IMG/VR virus record: IMGVR_UViG_3300012931_000040
Coordinates: 1-39,477 of that record
Length of the DNA: 39,477 bases
Direction: 5' to 3' (one strand)
Source of the DNA: a virus
Lineage: Duplodnaviria > Caudoviricetes
The notes under the pieces were generated by a model, which was not told where the DNA came from, ran no database searches, and was given only the letters and a program-made list of their open reading frames with translations. This document shows positions 35,121 through 39,477 of this stretch, in pieces. Made by a program: the position numbers and the translations under genes. Each line of letters starts with the position of its first letter. Within the stretch, counting starts at the first letter, position 1.

Positions 35121-36275
35121 ATGATAAAGATTATAGCGTATAAATACAGGATTTATCCTAACTTAAAGCAACAAGAGCTGTTAGAAAAGCATTTTGGTTG
35201 TTGCCGTTGGGTATATAATTATGGTCTACAAAGAAAAATAGAGGTTTATGCTAAAGAAAAGAGAATTATATCTAGGTTCGATTTACAAAAAGAGGTTGCC
35301 TTATTAAAGAAAAAAGAAGATACTAAATGGTTATCAGTGGCAGCCGCTCAATCGTTGCAAGAATCGTTGGTACACTTAGATAAGGCTTACACAAGGTTCT
35401 TTAGAGATAAAAAAGTATTCCCAAAGTTTAAAAGTAAGAAAGAAAACTATAAAAGTGTTAGTTTTGCTCAGCAAACTAGAGTTGATTTTAGTACTAATAA
35501 AGTATTTGTTATTAAGTTTAAGGAAGGTATCAAATGTAAGCTGTATAGAGAGTTTACTGGTAGGATAAAAACATCTACTATTTCCAAAGTACCATCTGGT
35601 AAATATTTTATATCTATATTGGTTGAGGAAGAAGTAGAAGATATTATCCAAAAGCCAATTAATGTGGAATCAGCATTAGGAATAGATTTAGGAATTAAAT
35701 CATTTATAGTAGACTCTAGTAACAGAGAGTTTGATAATCCTAAATTTTTAAGGAAATCAGAAAAGAAATTGGCTAGAGAACAAAAAAGATTAGCTAGAAA
35801 AACCAAAGGAGGTAAGAACAGAGAAAAACAAAAAATTAAAGTAGCTAGAGTTTATGAGAAGATTAGTAACCAACGTAATGATTTTCTACATAAAACTTCA
35901 AGGCAATTAGTTAATGATAACCAAGTTAACACGTTTTGCATTGAAAATCTTAATATAAAAGGAATGGTTAAAAATCATAATCTAGCTAAATCTATTTCAG
36001 ACTGTGGTTGGGGTACTTTTGTAAAATATCTAACTTATAAATCTAAATGGGCAGGAAAGAATATACTAATGATAGGTAGATTTGAACCAAGTTCTAAGGT
36101 TTGCAATAAGTGTGGATTTATTAATGATAAACTTACATTAAAGGATAGAAAATGGGAATGCGAAGGCTGCGGAGAAATATTAAATAGAGATTATAATGCT
36201 GCTTGTAACATAAGAGATTTCGCATTAAGTAAACAGAATTTAGTAGGGAGAGAAACTCCCGAATTAACGCTTTAG
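35121..36275 (+). CDS. tnpB: IS200/IS605-family RNA-guided endonuclease TnpB (no TnpA in window)
   Basis: YKYRIYP, FG..R.VYN, RuvC GIDLG / IENL / NRD.NAA, zinc finger CNKC...CEGC. Confidence 0.96.
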   Translation: MIKIIAYKYRIYPNLKQQELLEKHFGCCRWVYNYGLQRKIEVYAKEKRIISRFDLQKEVALLKKKEDTKWLSVAAAQSLQESLVHLDKAYTRFFRDKKVFPKFKSKKENYKSVSFAQQTRVDFSTNKVFVIKFKEGIKCKLYREFTGRIKTSTISKVPSGKYFISILVEEEVEDIIQKPINVESALGIDLGIKSFIVDSSNREFDNPKFLRKSEKKLAREQKRLARKTKGGKNREKQKIKVARVYEKISNQRNDFLHKTSRQLVNDNQVNTFCIENLNIKGMVKNHNLAKSISDCGWGTFVKYLTYKSKWAGKNILMIGRFEPSSKVCNKCGFINDKLTLKDRKWECEGCGEILNRDYNAACNIRDFALSKQNLVGRETPELTL

Positions 36276-36332
36276 GAGATTTAGTAATGACTGAATCAAT
36301 GAATAAAGAAGCTATAATACATAGTGTTTCGA
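36190..36332 (+). ncRNA. Putative TnpB omega-RNA (limits approximate)
   Basis: gggag-agaaa-ctccc, cttta/taaag and gatttagt/actgaatc stems overlapping the tnpB 3' end. Confidence 0.65.
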
Positions 36333-36364
36333 TATATAATGATTAACAGCAAGGAGAAAGTGTA

Positions 36365-36553
36365 ATGGCACAAACTAATTTAATCCAATTAACAAACAGA
36401 CATATAGCCAAGTTATTAGATAAACTTGAGCCTTTTGCTATGCCTGAAATTGCTAAGGACGAAATTAAACGTCAAATGCATTTTCTTCGTGAGGATATAG
36501 TTAACATTGAGCAAGGAGCAAGTGAAGATGAAAGACAAGAACAATCAAAATGA
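36365..36553 (+). CDS. Hypothetical protein
   Basis: AAGGAG RBS. Confidence 0.7.
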   Translation: MAQTNLIQLTNRHIAKLLDKLEPFAMPEIAKDEIKRQMHFLREDIVNIEQGASEDERQEQSK

Positions 36554-36743
36554 AGATGTAGTATGTTTTGGTATGCCAAGAACATACATCTATTTTAATC
36601 CTAACGAACAAATAGTTATTAAGCAAGAACCTGATTTATTAGGAGAAGAGCAATTTGTTTACTTTTATGCTGATAAGGTTGACATAATAGTTAATAAATT
36701 ATTAGAATTAAAAAGGATTTATGAAGATGCAAAAAAATCATAA
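36528..36743 (+). CDS. Hypothetical protein
   Basis: ORF overlapping neighbours. Confidence 0.6.
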   Translation: MKDKNNQNEDVVCFGMPRTYIYFNPNEQIVIKQEPDLLGEEQFVYFYADKVDIIVNKLLELKRIYEDAKKS

Positions 36744-37545
36744 TATCCTAGATAACTCAGGATTTATAAAAATACACCGTAAATTCATTAATTGGGAATG
36801 GTATGATGATATTAATACTAAAGTATTATTTATTCATTTAATACTTAAGGCTAATTATACGGATAAAAATTGGCACGGCATAGAAGTAAAAAGAGGCTCG
36901 TTAATAACTAGTACTCAAAACTTATCAACAGAGCTAGGTGTTAGTATAAGACAGGTAAGGACATCACTAACTAAGCTAAAATCGACAAGCGAGTTGACAA
37001 TCAAAACAACTAATAAATATTCTTTAATTTCAATAACTTATTATGATAAATATCAATCAAACGACAAGCAATATGTCAGTCAAACGACAAACGAGCGACA
37101 ATCAAACGACAATCAAACGACAACAACTAAAGAAAGTAAAGAATATAAAGAAGGAAAAGAAGTAAATATATATGATGATTATTTTAATGAATTTTGGGAA
37201 TGTTATACTCCAATTAGAGATTCTAATGGGGACTGGGTAGCAAAAGGAAGCAAGAAAGAGTGCAAGAAGAAATTTATAAAAATAATGTCAGAAGGAGTAA
37301 GTTATGAAGAAATTATCAGCAGTCTTAAACAATACCTTGAATATTGCAAAACAGCGAATAGACAATCGTGTGGAGCAGAAGTGTTCCTCAACCAACGGAG
37401 ATGGGAAAATGATTATTCCTGCGAACAAACAGTTAAATCCGATAGCGGAGCCGGAAGTAAACGACAAAAACCTGTTAACTATCTTGAAGTTGCGGCTAGG
37501 GTTGCAGCAAGATATGAAAATAAAGGAAAAGACGATATTTACTGA
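36721..37545 (+). CDS. Replication initiator / replisome organizer
   Basis: G.IK.HR....WEWY.D, F.HL.LKAN, RGS.ITS...L, F.EFW..Y, FLNQ.RWE. Confidence 0.85.
   Translation: MKMQKNHNILDNSGFIKIHRKFINWEWYDDINTKVLFIHLILKANYTDKNWHGIEVKRGSLITSTQNLSTELGVSIRQVRTSLTKLKSTSELTIKTTNKYSLISITYYDKYQSNDKQYVSQTTNERQSNDNQTTTTKESKEYKEGKEVNIYDDYFNEFWECYTPIRDSNGDWVAKGSKKECKKKFIKIMSEGVSYEEIISSLKQYLEYCKTANRQSCGAEVFLNQRRWENDYSCEQTVKSDSGAGSKRQKPVNYLEVAARVAARYENKGKDDIY
37054..37125 (+). repeat. Iteron-like repeats, likely replication origin
   Basis: tcaaacgacaa x4 inside initiator gene, followed by A-rich tract. Confidence 0.7.
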
Positions 37546-37897
37546 ATTCGGAACTGAGTATAAACCAAGTGAACTTATATGCGGAGAATTAACTAATGAA
37601 CAAAAATTACTGGGGTTACAGGTTATATATGAATTTGAGAAACCTGCAAATGTTAATGATATTATAAAATTATTAACAAGATTGAAATATACTACAATTT
37701 CAAAGAATGATGAGATTGATAATGAAGAAATAAGAATTTCAATTTATACTGATGAGATGCTTAAATATCCTGCTGATATTGCAAACAAAGCATTAACATC
37801 AAGGTTTAAGTTTTTCCCGACATTAAGTGAATTAATAGAAATTTGCGATGGTGAAGTTTTAAGGCGTAGAATAATTAAAAGAAAGTTTGAGTTATAA
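37514..37897 (+). CDS. Putative helicase loader / replication accessory protein
   Basis: YPAD...AL...FFPT.SEL...C motif directly after initiator; start uncertain. Confidence 0.55.
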   Translation: MKIKEKTIFTEFGTEYKPSELICGELTNEQKLLGLQVIYEFEKPANVNDIIKLLTRLKYTTISKNDEIDNEEIRISIYTDEMLKYPADIANKALTSRFKFFPTLSELIEICDGEVLRRRIIKRKFEL

Positions 37898-37910
37898 TTA
37901 GGGGAATAAA

Positions 37911-38513
37911 ATGAATTACGAAGAATTTATAGAAAGCAAAAAGCATTCAACCGGAGAGTTTGGATTTAATCCTGTATGGTATCCTGAAAATATATTTGAT
38001 TTTCAAAAGTTCATAATAGAACGTGCGGTTAAAAAAGGTCGTATCGGAATATTTGCAGATACTGGCAATAAAATTATTAAGGTTCAAGTAAAGGCGACAG
38101 AATCACCAAAAATAACTAATCAATGGAGGGGTAGAAGTGAGGCTTATGTATTTAATATAAAAAGAAAAGGTTCTAACGGAGCAAAGAAATATCTTAATAA
38201 CGAGGTTGATTTATTCGCACTAGTTAGTTTAGATACAATGCAAGTTGGATATATAAAAAATTGTGATATGCCAACAACTATAAATATAAGAGTTGATAAC
38301 ATAAAAGGAAGTTATCACGATGAAAAGGGGATAATAAATTATAATAATATAATTAAATTAAATAATAAGAGTATAAGAGAAATTATTAGTATCACTGGGT
38401 TAAGCGAAACATCTATACGTAATATTTTAAGAAAAGGATATGAGCCATTTAAGACTAAAGCGTTATATATGTCAGATTTAACAAGAAATAAAGAATGGAT
38501 AATGGAGTTATAA
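37911..38513 (+). CDS. Chimera: SNF2-helicase N-terminus fused to partial PD-(D/E)XK endonuclease with HTH
   Basis: Y.EF..SK...GF.P....FDFQ...G...IFADTG then NKIIKVQVK...Y....VD.FALV. Confidence 0.7.
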   Translation: MNYEEFIESKKHSTGEFGFNPVWYPENIFDFQKFIIERAVKKGRIGIFADTGNKIIKVQVKATESPKITNQWRGRSEAYVFNIKRKGSNGAKKYLNNEVDLFALVSLDTMQVGYIKNCDMPTTINIRVDNIKGSYHDEKGIINYNNIIKLNNKSIREIISITGLSETSIRNILRKGYEPFKTKALYMSDLTRNKEWIMEL

Positions 38514-38515
38514 CG

Positions 38516-39268
38516 ATGACAATGACAATGATAAACGACCATTTTCAGAATTTTAAAAGATGGAATGTCCCTAAATGTAGTCTTTTGTTGGCAGACATAC
38601 CATATAACGTTGGTAAAAATGCTTATGGTAGTAGCCCGAAATGGTATATTGACGGAGATAATAAAAACGGAGAATCTAAACTTGCCAATAAAGAGTTTTT
38701 TGATACTGATAAGGACTTTAGAATACCGGAGTTTTTTCATTTCTGTCATAAGATGATTAAGCCTGAACCTAAGGGAGTGGGGAAAGCAGGGTGTATGATT
38801 GTATTTTGTGCTTTCGAACAGCAATTCACTCTAATTGAAGAAGCTAAGAAGTATAATTTTCCTAATTATATCCCATTAACTTTCTATAAAAACTATAGCC
38901 CGCAGGTACTTAAAGCTAATATGAGAATTGTCGGTAATACGGAATATGCTTTATTGTTTTACAGGGATAAATTGCCCAAGTTTAATAATAATGGCAGAAT
39001 GGTTTTTAATTCTATGCCTTATGAACGTGATACTGTTACAACTAAAATCCATCCAACTCAAAAGAGTTTAACTTTGCTTAAACATTTAATATCTTTATTA
39101 ACCGATAGGGGGGATGTTGTTATTGACCCTTGCGCTGGAAGTGGTTCAACTTTATTAGCTGCCGAGCAGTTAGGGCGTAAATCTTTTGGATTTGAGATTA
39201 AGAAAGAATTTGTAAAAGGTTTTAATGAAGTTATGGCTAAAAATGTTGAAATTGAATTAAGTTTTTGA
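38516..39268 (+). CDS. DNA amino-methyltransferase (N6A/N4C, beta class)
   Basis: DIPY motif IV, HPTQK, DPCAGSGST motif I; GGAG RBS before ATG 38516. Confidence 0.93.
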   Translation: MTMTMINDHFQNFKRWNVPKCSLLLADIPYNVGKNAYGSSPKWYIDGDNKNGESKLANKEFFDTDKDFRIPEFFHFCHKMIKPEPKGVGKAGCMIVFCAFEQQFTLIEEAKKYNFPNYIPLTFYKNYSPQVLKANMRIVGNTEYALLFYRDKLPKFNNNGRMVFNSMPYERDTVTTKIHPTQKSLTLLKHLISLLTDRGDVVIDPCAGSGSTLLAAEQLGRKSFGFEIKKEFVKGFNEVMAKNVEIELSF

Positions 39269-39477
39269 GGTGTAAAATGGCTAATTTTGAAGTTATAGGA
39301 GTTAAACAATGAATAATAAGGAACTTTTAATTGGTTTTTCTGTGGCTAAGTCTATGGTTCAAAGGGGTATTGGAGGAGAAGAATTCAATTTAATTAAAAA
39401 GAATTTTAATTGGAAAAACCAAGATTTTAGTTTTGAGCACTTAGATATTATATTTGGATTAGAAAAAGGCTCAATTA
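39260..39477. repeat. Right copy of imperfect terminal overlap
   Basis: See 1-374; encodes 11-aa MANFEVIGVKQ (39277-39312) and start of the 206..427 homolog. Confidence 0.95.

Noticed and set aside
37304-37513. Long N-terminal extension of the 37304 ORF
   Set aside because: Overlaps the initiator by over 200 nt with no recognisable motif; ATG 37514 preferred
1-39477. Stop-codon reassignment
   Set aside because: Standard code gives dense intact genes ending in all three stops

Overview
Near-complete (~39.3 kb, AT-rich) genome of a short-tailed dsDNA phage (podovirus-type virion module of the BPP-1/T7-like head-tail-connector kind) infecting a Gram-negative host (Rz/Rz1 spanins present). Order on + strand: terS, terL, portal, scaffold, major capsid, decoration, tail tube A/B, internal virion proteins, tail fibre, lysis cassette. 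A leftward early operon follows (25.6-33.8 kb: pentapeptide protein, ERF recombinase, SSB-like, NinB/NinG-like, MazG-like, ferredoxin), then a rightward replication arm (alpha-CTD-like protein, solo TnpB, initiator, DNA methyltransferase). No integrase, RNA/DNA polymerase, tRNA, CRISPR array or reverse transcriptase was seen. The contig ends overlap imperfectly (6 SNPs plus a 156-bp indel). Most notable: two promoter- and terminator-bounded hairpin-rich non-coding loci, one tied to an HNH gene by a 12-bp inverted repeat; a solo TnpB with an atypical omega-RNA 3' end; several hollowed-out or fused gene relics; an unannotated 2[4Fe-4S] ferredoxin; a three-copy 18-bp operator on late promoters; and two coupled lysine-rich micro-ORFs. 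All protein calls are from motif recognition and synteny by eye, not database searches.
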